Shown: piece by piece, positions 31,907-49,022 of the stretch
Layout: each line of letters starts with the position of its first letter
Numbering within the stretch: the stretch's first letter is position 1
Assembly (NCBI GenBank): GCA_963822965.1
Contig: CAWGJT010000005.1
Span: forward strand, 32,001 to 96,000
Reading direction: 5' to 3'
Origin: an uncultured delta proteobacterium
GTDB taxonomy: Bacteria > Myxococcota_A > UBA9160 > UBA4427
Length of the DNA: 64,000 nucleotides
Program-made: the position numbers and the translations under genes
Notes under the pieces: model-generated
Database searches by the model: none
What the model saw: only the letters and a program-made list of their open reading frames with translations
What the model was told of the DNA's origin: nothing

Positions 31907-32875
31907 TCACCGGAAGCGCCGCATCCGTCGCGACGAGACGAAGGAGATCCAGGCCTCCTTCGTGGTGTAGACGGGCTCGCCGAAGGCCCGCCATCCCCGC
32001 TCGCCGTCGGCAATCCAGAGGTAGCGCAGGTAGTCGAAGAAGCCCGCGGGCAGGTCCCCCGTCTGCCCCTGGGACGGATAGCTCGCCAGGCGATGCAGCA
32101 GGCGACCGGGCAGCGGGAGGGTGCGCTTGCCCGCCAGCGCGAGCAGGGTGGAGAGCGGCAGCACCCCGCGGCCGACGACGTTGTACACGCCCGGGTGCGA
32201 CTCGAGGGTCGCCCGTTCGAAGGCGCGCACGAGGTCGTCCTCGTGGACGAACTGCATCAAGGGGTCGTAGCCGAGCACCACGGGCACCACCGGTCGCTCG
32301 AAGTAGCGCACCACGTGGTCCACGTAGGTCGGGCCCATCACCCAGCAGTGACGCAGGACCGAGACCTCCACGTCGGGATGCCGCGGCGCCCAGCGGGCGA
32401 GCAGCTCCTCGGCCTCGACCCGGTTCTGGATACAGTGCGCGTCCGGATGGCCCGCCAGCGCGTGCTTCTCGCCGAGGAAGTTGGGGTTCGTCGGGTTCGG
32501 GCCGTAGAGCATCGTGGTGGACCCGAGCACGAGCCGGCGCACCTTCGCCGCCGAGCAGGCGTGGATCACGTGCAGGCTGCCGATCGTCTCCAGCTCGTGG
32601 TCGTACTCGAGATCGGCGGTGGGGGAGCTTCGGAACGCCAGGTGCACGAGCACGTCCACCCGCTCCTTCGCCAGGATGGACGCCAGCTCTCCGTCTGCCG
32701 TGGGGTGCGTCAGGTCGACGCGCCGGAACGAGACGTGGCCCTCCAGTCGCAGCGGCCGCCGCACGTCCACGCCGACCACGCGCGGCGCGTCCGGACGAGC
32801 GAGGAGCCGCTCGGCCAGGCGTTGGCCGAGGAAGGTGTTGAGCCCGGTGATGGCGACGCAGCGGGCCTGGTCCAC
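31907..32875 (-). CDS. NAD-dependent epimerase/dehydratase family protein
   Basis: VAITGLNTFLG, VLVHLAF, STTMLYG and GYDPLMQFVHEDD. Confidence 0.88.
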   Translation of the reverse strand: MDQARCVAITGLNTFLGQRLAERLLARPDAPRVVGVDVRRPLRLEGHVSFRRVDLTHPTADGELASILAKERVDVLVHLAFRSSPTADLEYDHELETIGSLHVIHACSAAKVRRLVLGSTTMLYGPNPTNPNFLGEKHALAGHPDAHCIQNRVEAEELLARWAPRHPDVEVSVLRHCWVMGPTYVDHVVRYFERPVVPVVLGYDPLMQFVHEDDLVRAFERATLESHPGVYNVVGRGVLPLSTLLALAGKRTLPLPGRLLHRLASYPSQGQTGDLPAGFFDYLRYLWIADGERGWRAFGEPVYTTKEAWISFVSSRRMRRFR

Positions 32876-33025
32876 GCGGGGCTGGATGCCGCCTCCCTCT
32901 CTAGAGACGGATACGAGTGTACCGCCGGGCGCCCGTCTGCCGTGCTCGCCTGCCTGCATGCTTCCACCTGCCGCGACCCACGCCGCTCTTCTCGCCGGCC
33001 GGCCGCTCGGATACCATGGTCGATC

Positions 33026-34084
<1,059 letters not shown>

Positions 34085-34367
34085 GTCCAGAGACCCACTC
34101 GGAGACACCGGGCTCGGCGCTCCGAGCGGTGCTCCGCTCGGGGTCGGACCGTCGTGGCTTCGGGTCCGGTCGTGCATGCCACCGCTGCCGAAGCCATGCC
34201 ACCCGGTCCCACCGCGCCGTGCCACCCGATCCCACCGGAGAGAGGCGATTCGAGCGGGCTCTCGAGCGGATCGGGACACGTCCCGGTGACTCCTGCTCGG
34301 GGAAAGCCACAAGTCACGAGACAACTTGTGCGGCTCACGGAAATTTCTTGGGATCGAGCAAAAAAAG

Positions 34368-34423
34368 GTGGGATCAGGTGGCATGAATATATAGCCAGGT
34401 GGGATTCAGTGGTATAGAGTGGT
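34368..34423 (+). promoter_or_regulatory. MraZ-binding direct repeats (GTGGn at 10-bp phase) in the dcw promoter
   Basis: GTGGG 34368, GTGGC 34378, GTGGG 34399, GTGGT 34409 and GTGGT 34419 directly upstream of mraZ; matches the known MraZ operator architecture. Confidence 0.8.
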
Positions 34424-34454
34424 CTGCGTTTGGGGGCGGCAAGAAGCAGATCCC

Positions 34455-34916
34455 ATGTCTTTCCGAGGCCGCTTCGATCACACGTTGGACAACAAGGGAC
34501 GGGTCAGCGTCCCGGCGGGGTTTCGAATGGAGATCCAGAAGCTGGGAGGCGAGAGGCCGCCGATCCTGACCCGGGGCAAGGATCACCTCCTGCTCTACCC
34601 CGCGGAGACCTGGGACGCCATCGAGAAGAAGCTGGCGTCCAAGTCCAGCCTGCTCCCCAACGTCCAGAAGTACCAGCGATTCCTGATCGGCGGCTGCACC
34701 GAGTGCCCCGTCGACAGCCAGGGGCGGATCACGATCCCCGCCAACCTTCGCGAGCACGCCGACCTGCAGGGAAAGGTGACCCTGGCCGGCGTGCTGGACA
34801 AGATCGAAATCTGGAATCAAGACCGCTTCGACTCGGCCCAGGCGCTCACCCTGGACCGGATCGAGGAGATCCAGATGGCAGTGGACGAGAGCTCTTCCGG
34901 CTCATTGTCTGAATGA
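34455..34916 (+). CDS. mraZ: Transcriptional regulator MraZ
   Basis: FRGRFDHTLDNKGRVSVP, DSQGRITIP and KIEIWN. Confidence 0.96.
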   Translation: MSFRGRFDHTLDNKGRVSVPAGFRMEIQKLGGERPPILTRGKDHLLLYPAETWDAIEKKLASKSSLLPNVQKYQRFLIGGCTECPVDSQGRITIPANLREHADLQGKVTLAGVLDKIEIWNQDRFDSAQALTLDRIEEIQMAVDESSSGSLSE

Positions 34917-34933
34917 GCTGATGTTTTGGGGGG

Positions 34934-35106
34934 ACTGGAGGAGGCGACTCCTCCAGTGGAAGAGGTAGGGGTGTCCCCGGGACACCACAGTGTGGCTGCG
35001 GTGCGGTTACTGGGGGGTACGCACCGTAGTCGAGGTTCCCGGGGGCTCCCCACTCTTCTTTCCAACCTTCCTGTTCCCGTCTCCCAGGAGGCAAAGGCGG
35101 GAGGCG
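34934..35106 (+). ncRNA. Putative structured cis-regulatory RNA between mraZ and rsmH
   Basis: 10-bp hairpin with a GCGA tetraloop; long nested stem 34958-35063; third hairpin covering the rsmH SD (see findings). Confidence 0.55.
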
Positions 35107-35116
35107 CCCCACCCTC

Positions 35117-36708
<1,592 letters not shown>

Positions 36709-36712
<4 letters not shown>

Positions 36713-38884
36713 GAGCGGCGACCCTGGAGGGACCGTCCCGCCGACTCCGGACCCTGTGCGGGGTTCTGCTGCTGGCCTTCCTGGTGCTGGCCGGCCGGGC
36801 CGCCCACCTCACCGTCTTCGACTCCCGCGGTCGCGGCTGGGGAGACCGCCAGTTCCACACGGTGCTGCGGCTGCCGGCGCCCCGCGGACTGATCGTCGAC
36901 CGGCGCGGCGTGGAGCTCGCCGTCACCGTGGAGTCGCCGTCGATCTACGTCGTGCCCGACGAGCTGGGCGATCGCGACGCGACCGCGCGGGCGCTCGCCG
37001 GGGTGCTCGGCCAGGAGCCGAAGGCGCTGGCCGACGAGCTCCGCGGCCGGAGGCGCTTCACGTTCGTGAAGCGCTGGGCGAGCCGGAGCAGGCGGAGCGG
37101 ATTCGCGCCCTCGAGCTTCCGGGCGTCGGCATCCTGAAGGAGCCGCGACGCGCGTACCCGGCCGGGCGCGCTCGCCGGCCAGGTGATCGGCTTCGCGAAC
37201 ATCGACGGCGAAGGCGTCCGGGCGATCGAGCAGCAGGAGGACCGCATCCTGCGCGGGCGCGAGCGCACGGTGACCGTCGAGCGCGACGCGCGCGGGCGTC
37301 TGCTGGTGGTCGATCCGTCGCTGCCCCGGGACACGGCCGGCGGCGACGTCCGGCTCACCCTCGACGCCGCCCTGCAAGCTGCCGCAGAGGGCGCCCTGGC
37401 CGACCTCGTCGAGAAGACCGGCGCCCGGGGCGGCACCGTCGTCACCCTCGATCCCCACACCGGCGACATCCTCTCCCTGGCCGAGTACCCGCCCACGGAT
37501 CCGAACTTCTTCCGGACGAGCGATTTCGGCAGCACCCGCTCGCGGGCCTTCCTGGACGCCCTGGAGCCGGGATCGACGATGAAGGTGTTCCTGGTGGCGG
37601 GCGCCCTGGACGAAGGCGTGATCGCAGCCGGACGAGCGCTTCGACACGGGACCCGGCTGGATCCGGGTTCCCGGCAAGACCATCCACGACCACCACCCCT
37701 ACGGCGTGATCGACGTGCGCGAGGTGCTGCAGGTGTCGAGCAACGTCGGCGCCGTGATGATCGGCCAGCGGCTCGAGCCGCGACGGCACTACGAGATCCT
37801 GAGCCGCTTCGGCTTCGGAAGCAGCACCGGCAGCGGCTTCCCCCAGGAGTCCTCCGGCCTCCTGCGCAGCTACCGCAGCTGGAAGCCCGTCGATCACGCC
37901 ACGGTGTCGTTCGGCCAGGGCATCAGCGTGACGCCGATCCAGCTGGCGGCGGCGACCGCCGCGCTGGCCAACGGAGGCGTCTGGCAGAAGCCGCGGCTGG
38001 TGGACGCGCGACGCCCCTCGGACGGAGACGACTGGGAGGAGACACCCCGGGAGGCGGGCCACCGCGTCGTCCGCCGCGAGACGGCCCAGCGGATCGTCCG
38101 CATGATGGAGTCGGTGGTCAGCGCCTCCGGGACCGGCCGGCGCGCCGCCCTGGCCGGGCGTCCGGGTCGCCGGCAAGACCGGAACCGCGCAGAAGTTCGA
38201 CGCCGAGGCCGGACGCTATTCGCGGTCGGCGTACCTGGCCTGGTTCATCGGCATCGTTCCGGCCGACGATCCCGCGCTCGCCATCGCCGTGATGGTCGAC
38301 GAGCCCCAGGGACCGGCGCACGGCGGTGGCGACGCGGCCGCCCCGCTCTTCGCCCAGGTGGCGTCGGCGCAGCTCGCCCACCTGGGAATCGTCACGAAGC
38401 CCGACCCGATCCGCGCGGAGCCCTTCCACACGCTGCTGGCGGAAGAGAGCGACGACGCGGACGCGCACGAGCAGGAGAAGGCGAAGCAGCGAGCCCCGGA
38501 GAGGCCGACCCGCGTGGCCCGCGCGCCGAAGCCCGAGGCGCCGCCCGCCGCCGTGCCGCCGCCCAGGCCCAAGCCCACCGCCGTGCCGCCGCCCAGGCCC
38601 AAGCCGGTCGTCGCGGTGGCGGCGGTCCCCGCGGTCCCCGCGGTCTCGACCGCGCCGCCGCCCGCGGCTCCCGTGCGCACCCTGCTCGTGCCCGACTTCC
38701 GAGGCGAGACGGTCGCTTCGGCCCTGCGAATGGCCGCGGAGGACTCCCTCGTGCTGGAACTCGAGGGGGACGAGCGGGGTCTCGCGGTAGAGCAGCATCC
38801 CCAGCCCGGCACCGTGGTCACCGGAGATCGTCCCCGCGTCCGGCTGCGCTTCATGCGCGACAAGCGAGATCGGAGAGAGGGCTG

Positions 38885-38885
<1 letters not shown>
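36709..38885 (+). CDS. ftsI: Peptidoglycan transpeptidase FtsI/PBP3 with Pro-rich linker and PASTA domain (frameshifts)
   Basis: PRGLIVDRRG, EPGSTMK (SxxK), SSNVG (SxN), GKTGTAQK and C-terminal VPDFRGET...QHPQPG. Confidence 0.93.
38548..38605 (+). repeat. 30-bp tandem repeat within ftsI (AVPPPRPKP x2)
   Basis: CCGCCGTGCCGCCGCCCAGGCCCAAGCC occurs at 38548 and 38578. Confidence 0.85.
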
Positions 38886-41853
<2,968 letters not shown>

Positions 41854-42930
41854 ATGCTCTACCACCTGCTCTATCCGCTCGCGGAGCAGTTCAGCGTCTT
41901 CAACGTGGTCCGCTACATCACGTTCCGCACGGCGGCGGCCACGCTGACGGCGCTCTTCATCACGTTCCTCGTCGGCCCGTGGCTGATCCGCCGCCTCGGC
42001 GCCCTGCGCGTGGGGCAGCCGATCCGCGAGATCGGACCCGACCACCAGTCGAAGGCCGGAACGCCGACCATGGGCGGGCTGCTCATCCTGCTCGCGCTGC
42101 GTGGTCTCGGTGCTGCTGTGGTCCGAGCTCGACAACCGCTTCGTCTGGATCCTGCTCGGACTGACGACCGGCTACGGCGTGCTGGGCTTCGTCGACGACT
42201 ACAAGAAGGTGCGCCAGGGCAGCAGCGCCGGCGTCTCCGCGCGCACGAAGCTCTTCTGGCAGACGGTGCTGGCGCTGCGGCGTGGGCATCGCGATCTACA
42301 TGGACCCGAACTTCGACAAGGAGCTCGCGGTCCCCTTCTTCAAGGACTTCACCCCGAACCTCGGCATCTTCTACATCCCGCTGGCCGCCTTCATCATCGT
42401 GGCGGCCAGCAACGGCGTGAACCTGACGGACGGTCTCGACGGCCTCGCGATCGGACCCGTGATGATCGCGGCCGGCGACCTTCCTGCTGCTCGCCTACGC
42501 GGCCGGGCACGCGGTCATCGCCGACTACCTCGCCATCAAGTACGTCCCCGGCGCCGGACAGCTCGCGATCTTCTGCGGCGCCCTGGTGGGGGGCGGGCTC
42601 GGCTTCCTGTGGTTCAACGCGTCGCCGGCGGAGCTCTTCATGGGCGACGTGGGCGCGCTCGCCCTGGGCGGCGCCCTGGGCACGATCGCGGTCCTGATCC
42701 GGCAGGAGATCCTGCTGGCGGTGGTCGGCGGCATCTTCGTGATGGAGACGGTCTCGGTCATGATCCAGGTGGTCTCCTTCAAGCTCACGGGCAAGCGCGT
42801 CTTCCTCATGACGCCGATCCACCACCACTACGAGAAGCTGGGATGGCCCGAGCAGAAGATCGTGGTCCGCTTCTGGATCGTCTCGATCATCCTCGGGCTC
42901 GTCGCGCTGTCGTCCCTGAAGCTGCGATGA
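41854..42930 (+). CDS. mraY: Phospho-N-acetylmuramoyl-pentapeptide transferase MraY (frameshifts)
   Basis: [30 protein letters not shown] and PIHHHYE. Confidence 0.96.
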
Positions 42931-43007
42931 GCGAAAGCGAAGGACAGGGCGTGTTCGACGGGCACGGCGACTCCGTGCGGACAGAGCTGGGCGCGAGAGA
43001 AGGAAGC

Positions 43008-44412
43008 ATGGCGGACTCCGGTCGGATCGACCTGCAGGACGAGCTGCGCGGGCGTGACGTGCTCGTCATCGGCCTCGGCATCTCGGGCCGCAGCGCGGCG
43101 CGTCTTCTGCGCGGACCGCGGCGCCCGGGTGGTGGTCTTCGACGAGCGGCCGCTCGCGAGCTTCCCGGATCCCGACGCGCTCGAGGATCTCGCGCGTCGG
43201 GTCGAGGTGCGCACCGGCGGCGCCTCTCCCGGATCCCGCCGACTTCGACCTCGTGGTTCCGAGCCCCGGGGTTCCGCGGAGCCGCTACGCGGACCGCGCG
43301 CGGCGCGCCTGGGGCGACATCGAGCTGGCGGCGCGGGCGCTGCGCGTGCCCATCGTGGCGCGTGACGGGGACCAACGGAAAGAGCACGACCACGCGCCTG
43401 GTCGAGGCGATGCTGCGCGCCGGCGGGCTGCGGGCCCGGGCGGCGGGAAACATCGGAAGCCCGGCCCTCGTCGCTGGTGGGCGAGCCGCTGGACGCCGCG
43501 GTGCTCGAGGTCTCGTCGTTCCAGCTGGAGGCGGTCGAGTCGCTGCGCCCGCGCGTGGCCGTCGTCCTGAACATCACGCCGGACCACCTGGATCGCCACG
43601 GGCGCTTCGAGAGCTACGTCGACGCGAAGGCCCGGCTGCTCGCGCGGCAGGAGCCCGACGGACGTCGCAGTGCTCAACTTCGACGACGCGGTCGTGCGCG
43701 GGCTGGCGTCGCGCACCCGCGCGCGGATCGTGCCGGTCAGCCGGTTCGGCGTACCGGCGAACGGCGTCGGCTTCGACTCGGGCCGCATCCGGTTCGGAGG
43801 CAGCGAGGGCAGCGTCGAGCTGCCGCTCGACGTCCACGCCCTGCCCGGCCTGCAGCGGCGTCCACAACCTCGAGAACGTGCTGGCGGCGGTGGCAGCGGT
43901 CCGCGGCGCTGGGCGTCGACCCGCGCCGGGCCGGGTCGGCGCTGCTCGACTTCGAGGCCCTGCCGCACCGCTGCCAGGAAGTGGCCCACGGTGACGGCGT
44001 CCTCTTCGTGGACGACTCCAAGGCGACGAATCCCGGCGCGGCCCAGCGATCGCTCGAGAGCTTCCAGGAGCCCCTGCTGTGGATCGCCGGCGGACGGGGC
44101 AAGCAGGTCGACCTCGAGGAGCTGGCAGCGACGGCGGCCGCGCGGGTCCGGCACGCCTTCCTGATCGGGGAGGCCGCGGCCGAGATCGAGACCTCCCTGG
44201 CCGGACGAATTCCCGTCACGCGCTGCGAATCCATCGAGGACGCGGTGGCGGCGGCCGGCGCCGCCGCGCGACCGGGAGACGTCGTCCTGCTGGCACCCGC
44301 GTGCGCGAGCTTCGACCAGTTCACGAGCTACGCGGAGCGGGGCGAGCGATTCGCCGCGGCGGCGCGGCGCTTCGTCGCTTCCGGCCGATCGCACGAGGGA
44401 GACGGCACGTGA
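43008..44412 (+). CDS. murD: UDP-MurNAc-L-Ala:D-Glu ligase MurD (frameshifts)
   Basis: [31 protein letters not shown] and PACASFDQF; alternative start 42927. Confidence 0.95.
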
Positions 44413-45598
44413 GCGCGATCCTCTCGGTGGGACGGAACCGGACGCCGAGGCGACGCCCGGAGCGCCCCGGCGCCGGACCCGGGCTCCACCTCGACGCCGG
44501 CGTCAGCCTGTCGGCCGCCGCCCTCATCTCCCTGGGCATCGTCATGAGCTACAGCACGACGGCCCCCCTGGACATCGAGGTCCCGATCCCGCCCCTCTTC
44601 CGCCAGCACCTGCTCGCCCTGGCGATCGGCGGCGATCGGGCTCGGAATCGCCATGCGGATCCCGCTTCGGGTCTGGCAGCGGCTCGCCCTGCCGCTCTGG
44701 GCGCTCGGCGTCCTGCTGCTCGTCCTCACGCACGTGATCGGCATCGAGGCCAACGGCGCCCAGCGCTGGCTCGACCTGGGCGTGCGCTTCCAGCCGGTGG
44801 AGATCGTGAAGTTCTCGACCCTGCTCGCCGTGGCCGCGGCCGTGGCGCCGCGCGACGGTCGCCGCGACCTCAGCAATCGACGGGCCGGCCTGGCGCTGGG
44901 TCTGTTCACGCATGCCGCCGGTGCTGCTGCTGCTCTTCCAGCCGGATCTCGGCAACGCGGTGCTGCTCTTCGGCCTGACGGCGCTGCTGCTGGTGGTGGC
45001 CGGGCGGCCCCTCCGACACCTGCTCGTTCCCGCCGCCGTCGCCGGCGCCGGGATCGCCGTCTACGTGTCGACCAACGAGTACGCCCAGCGACGGGTCGAG
45101 GGCTTCCTCGATCCGTGGACGACCTGGCAGACCTCGGGGTTCCAGCTCGTGCAGTCGTTCGTGGCCTTCGGGCAGGGCGGCGTCGCAGGCGTGGGGCTGG
45201 GCAACGGCCGCCAGAAGCTCGACTACCTGTTCGGCGCCCACACCGACTTCGTGCTCTCGCTGGTGGCCGAGGAGCTGGGGCTGGTGGGCGTCCTGCTGGT
45301 GCTGGGCGCGTTCGCCGCCCTGCTGGTCACCGGCTGCCGGGTGGCGCTCCGGGCCTCGGATCGCTTCGGCCTGCTGCTGGGCTTCGCGATGACCTCGCTG
45401 CTCACGGTGCCCGCCATCCTGAACGGCGCGGTGGTGATGGGCCTGGTGCCCACGAAGGGCCTCACCCTGCCCTTCCTCTCCTACGGCGGCACCTCGCTGG
45501 TGATGTGCTGCGTCGCGCTCGGCGTCCTGCTCGGCGTGGCTCGCCAGACGCCCCCGGGACGCCGGGACGCCAGCAACGCCCGAACGGACTGGATCTGA
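44409..45598 (+). CDS. ftsW: SEDS peptidoglycan polymerase FtsW (frameshifts)
   Basis: [28 protein letters not shown] and [12 protein letters not shown]. Confidence 0.94.
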
Positions 45599-45600
45599 CG

Positions 45601-47021
45601 ATGCGGCGCAGGGTCGAAGCACGTGCACTTCCTCGGGATCGGCGGCATCGGCATGTGCGGTCTCGCGGAGCTGCTGCACGACCAGGGCTATCGCGTCTCG
45701 GGCTCGGATCTGGTCGGACGGCGCGACGATCGACCGGCTGCTCGGCCTGGGCGTGACCGTCCACCTCGGCCACGACGCCGCCCACCTCGGCGACGCCGAC
45801 GTGCTCGTCTACTCGTCGGCGGTGCGGGGCAACAACCCGGAGCTGCTCGAGGCCGAGCGACGCAAGATTCCCGTGATCCCCCGGGCCGAGATGCTGGCCG
45901 AGGTGATGCGGCTGCAGGACGGCATCGCCGTCGCCGGCTCCCACGGCAAGACCACCACCACCTCCCTCATCGCCCACCTGCTGACCGCGGCCGGCCTCGA
46001 TCCGACCGCCATCATCGGCGGGCGGGTCATCACGAAGGTCACGTCCGCCGACGAGCGCCGGGGCGTGCGGCTGGGCCGGCGGCGGGCTGCTCGTGGCCGA
46101 GGCGGACGAGAGCGACGGCTCCTTCCTGCGTCTGGCGCCCGTCCACGCGGTCGTCACCAACATCGACCCGGAGCACCTCGACCACTACGGCAGCTTCGAG
46201 GCGCTGCAGGACGCCTTCGTCGAGTTCGCCAACTCCGTGCCGTTCTGGGGCCTGGCGGTGCTCTGCTTCGACCATCCCGGCGTGCAGGTCATCCTGCCGC
46301 GCCTCACCCGCCGCTACACGACCTACGGCTTCAGCAAGCAGGCCGATCTCGTCGCCACCGGCATCGAGGTCGACGGCTTCGGGATGCGCTTCGGCGTGGA
46401 GCGGCGGGGCGAGCGGCTCGGGCACGCCCGGGTTCCCCTGCCGGGACGCCACAACGTCGCGAACAGCCTCGCGGCCTTCGCGATCGCTCTCGAGCTCGAC
46501 GTGCCCTTCGAGACGGCCGCCGAAGCGCTCGCCGCCTTCGCCGGCGTGGAGCGCCGCTTCGAGCGGAAGGGCGAGGCGGCGGGCGTGCTGGTCGTGGACG
46601 ACTACGGACATCACCCGGCGGAGGTCCGCGCCACCCTGGCGGCGGCCCGCAGCGTGCACGCGGGTCGCATCGTCGTGATCTTCCAGCCGCACCGGTACAC
46701 GCGGACCCGCGACTGCTTCGAGGAGTTCGCGACCGCCTTCAACGACGCGGACCGGCTGGTGGTGACGGAGGTCTACGCCGCCGGCGAGGACAAGATCCCC
46801 GGCGTCGACGGCGGATCCCTGGCGGATCGCATCCGCGCCCACGGCCATCGCGACGTGCACTTCGTCGCCGGAGCTCGCCGACGTGCTGGGCTCGCTTCCC
46901 GGCCGAGCTTCGCCCCGGCGACCTCGTGATCACCCTCGGTGCGGGCAACGTGTCGAGCCTCGGCCCGCGGCTCCTGGCCGCCCTCGCGCCCTCCGGCGAG
47001 CCCGAAGGAGCACCGGGTTGA
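45601..47021 (+). CDS. murC: UDP-MurNAc:L-Ala ligase MurC (frameshifts)
   Basis: [37 protein letters not shown] and FQPHRYTR. Confidence 0.96.
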
Positions 47022-47958
47022 TTCCCGCCCGCCGCGCGCCGCGCGCTCGAGGACGCTCTCGCCGGCGACGTCGCCTTCGACGTGCCGATGGCGCGCCACA
47101 CCTCGCTGCGGATCGGCGGTCCCGCGGACGCCCTGGCGCAGCCCGCGTCGCGCGAAGATCTGCTCGCGCTGCTGGCCGTGTGCGCCGCCCACGACCTCGC
47201 GTACTTCCCGCTCGGCGCCGGCTTCAACTGTCTCGTCAGCGACGCCGGCATCGCGGGGGTGGTCGTGAAGCTCGCGCGCCTGCGGGTGCTCGAGCGCGAC
47301 CCGACAGGGACGGATCTTCGCCGAAGCGGGGGTGACCCACGCGAGCCTCACGCGCTTCTGCGTCGACCGCGGCCTGGCGGGTCTGGAGTTCGGCGCCGGC
47401 ATCCCGGGCGTCGTGGGCGGCTGGATCACGATGAACGCCGGGATCGGCTCGCGCGAGGTGCAGGACGTGGTGGAGGAGATCGAGGTGGTCGCGCCGGGCG
47501 ATCCCGCCACCCGTTGTCTTCCCGCGCGCGGAGCTCGACTTCGTCTATCGCGCCCTGCGCGGCCTCGCCCCGGGCACGATCGTGGTGTCGGCGCGCCTGG
47601 CGGTGAGCGAGTCCACGCCCGCGGCCGTGCGGGCCGAGGTCGACCAGCCTGCTGGCGAAGCGCGCGGGCACGCAGCCCCTCAACGTCCCTTCGTGCGGCT
47701 CGGTCTTCAAGAACCCGCCGGGCGACTACGCGGGCCGACTCATCGATGCGGCCGGGCTCAAGGGCGAGCGCGTCGGCGGCGCCGAGATCTCGCGGGTCCA
47801 CGCGAACTTCATCGCCAACGTCGGGCGGCGCCACCGCGGCGGACGTCCGCCGGCTGATCGAGATCGCCCAGGAGAAGGTGGAGAAGGAGACGGGCATCCG
47901 GCTGGAGCCGGAGGTCCGCATCGTCGGGCGGGACGGCCCGGCCGGGAGGTCCGCTTGA
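47018..47958 (+). CDS. murB: UDP-N-acetylenolpyruvoylglucosamine reductase MurB (frameshifts)
   Basis: [36 protein letters not shown] and LEPEVRIVG. Confidence 0.93.
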
Positions 47959-48928
47959 CGTTCGAACGCGCGGGAAGCATGCCGGCCGCCGCAGCCGCTA
48001 CGAGCGCCGGAGCCGGGCCCGCGCCCGGCGCATCGAGCGTCGGCTCGAGGAGGCACGGCGCCTGCGCGCGGCGCGCGCGCGCGCGCCGGGCATGCGTGCG
48101 CCGGCTCCGGCCCGGGTGCGCCCCGGCCCCGGCCGCGCCACGCGGATCGTGCTCTTCACGCTGGCGTTGCTCGCCGGAACGGGCCTGGCCTCGAAGGTCA
48201 CCGCCACGGCGCTGCAGTGGTGGAACGAGCGACCGGTCACGGTGGACGCCATCGCCGTCCAGGGAGCCCGGCGGCTCCGCGGCAGCGAGGTGGCGGCCGC
48301 CACCGGACTCGCCCGCGGCGCCCGGCTGGACGCGCTCCCGGAGGACCTCGAGACGCGCGTCGCTGCGCATCCCTGGATTCGTAGCGCGCGCGTCGCCCTG
48401 CTCCCGACCGGCACCCTGATCGTCGACGTCGAGGAGCGAGAGCCGCGCGCGGTGCTCTACAGCGGGGACGACGGCTCCGCCCACTTCGTCGATGCCGAGG
48501 GGACCGCCTTCGCGCCGGTCTCCGCAGACGAGGTGCCCGACGCCGCCGGCCTGCCGGCCCTGGCGCGCGCATCGGGAGCGACGTCCGCAAGCAACGAGGC
48601 GCAGGAGGCGGCTCTGCTGCGGGACGGGCTCAGCCTACTCGCGTACGTCGACGGGCTGACGCTCGCCGGCCTCGCTCGCCCCGACGAGCCCCACCGCGGG
48701 CTGCGGCTCCTGCTGCCCGACCCGGACGGCGAACGGGGCTGGGTGCTGCGCGGTGCCGACGGGCTCGAAGTGGTGCTCGGAAGCGACGAGGTCGCGACCG
48801 TGATCGAGAGATTGGATCGAGTCGAACGCCTGCTCGGGGCCGCCCTCGGCGAGCTCGAGCAGGCGACGACGATCGACATGCGTTTCGCAGGACAAGCCGT
48901 CCTGCGGACGGCGAGCGCCTCGAGGTGA
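47955..48928 (+). CDS. ftsQ: Cell division protein FtsQ/DivIB
   Basis: Upstream of ftsA; TM segment, POTRA ([25 protein letters not shown]) and C-terminal IDMRF; 5' end frameshifted. Confidence 0.85.
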
Positions 48929-49022
48929 GGCGCCGACAAGCGGCGGCGGAGTGCGGATGCACGAGGCCGTCCATCGCGGACCACCGGGGATCCGGTGGTC
49001 CGATTCGGGGGGTGAGAACGGC

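Noticed and set aside
34122..34141. Terminator after the HDAC gene
   Set aside because: An 8-bp hairpin is present but there is no U-tract, so its function is unsupported.
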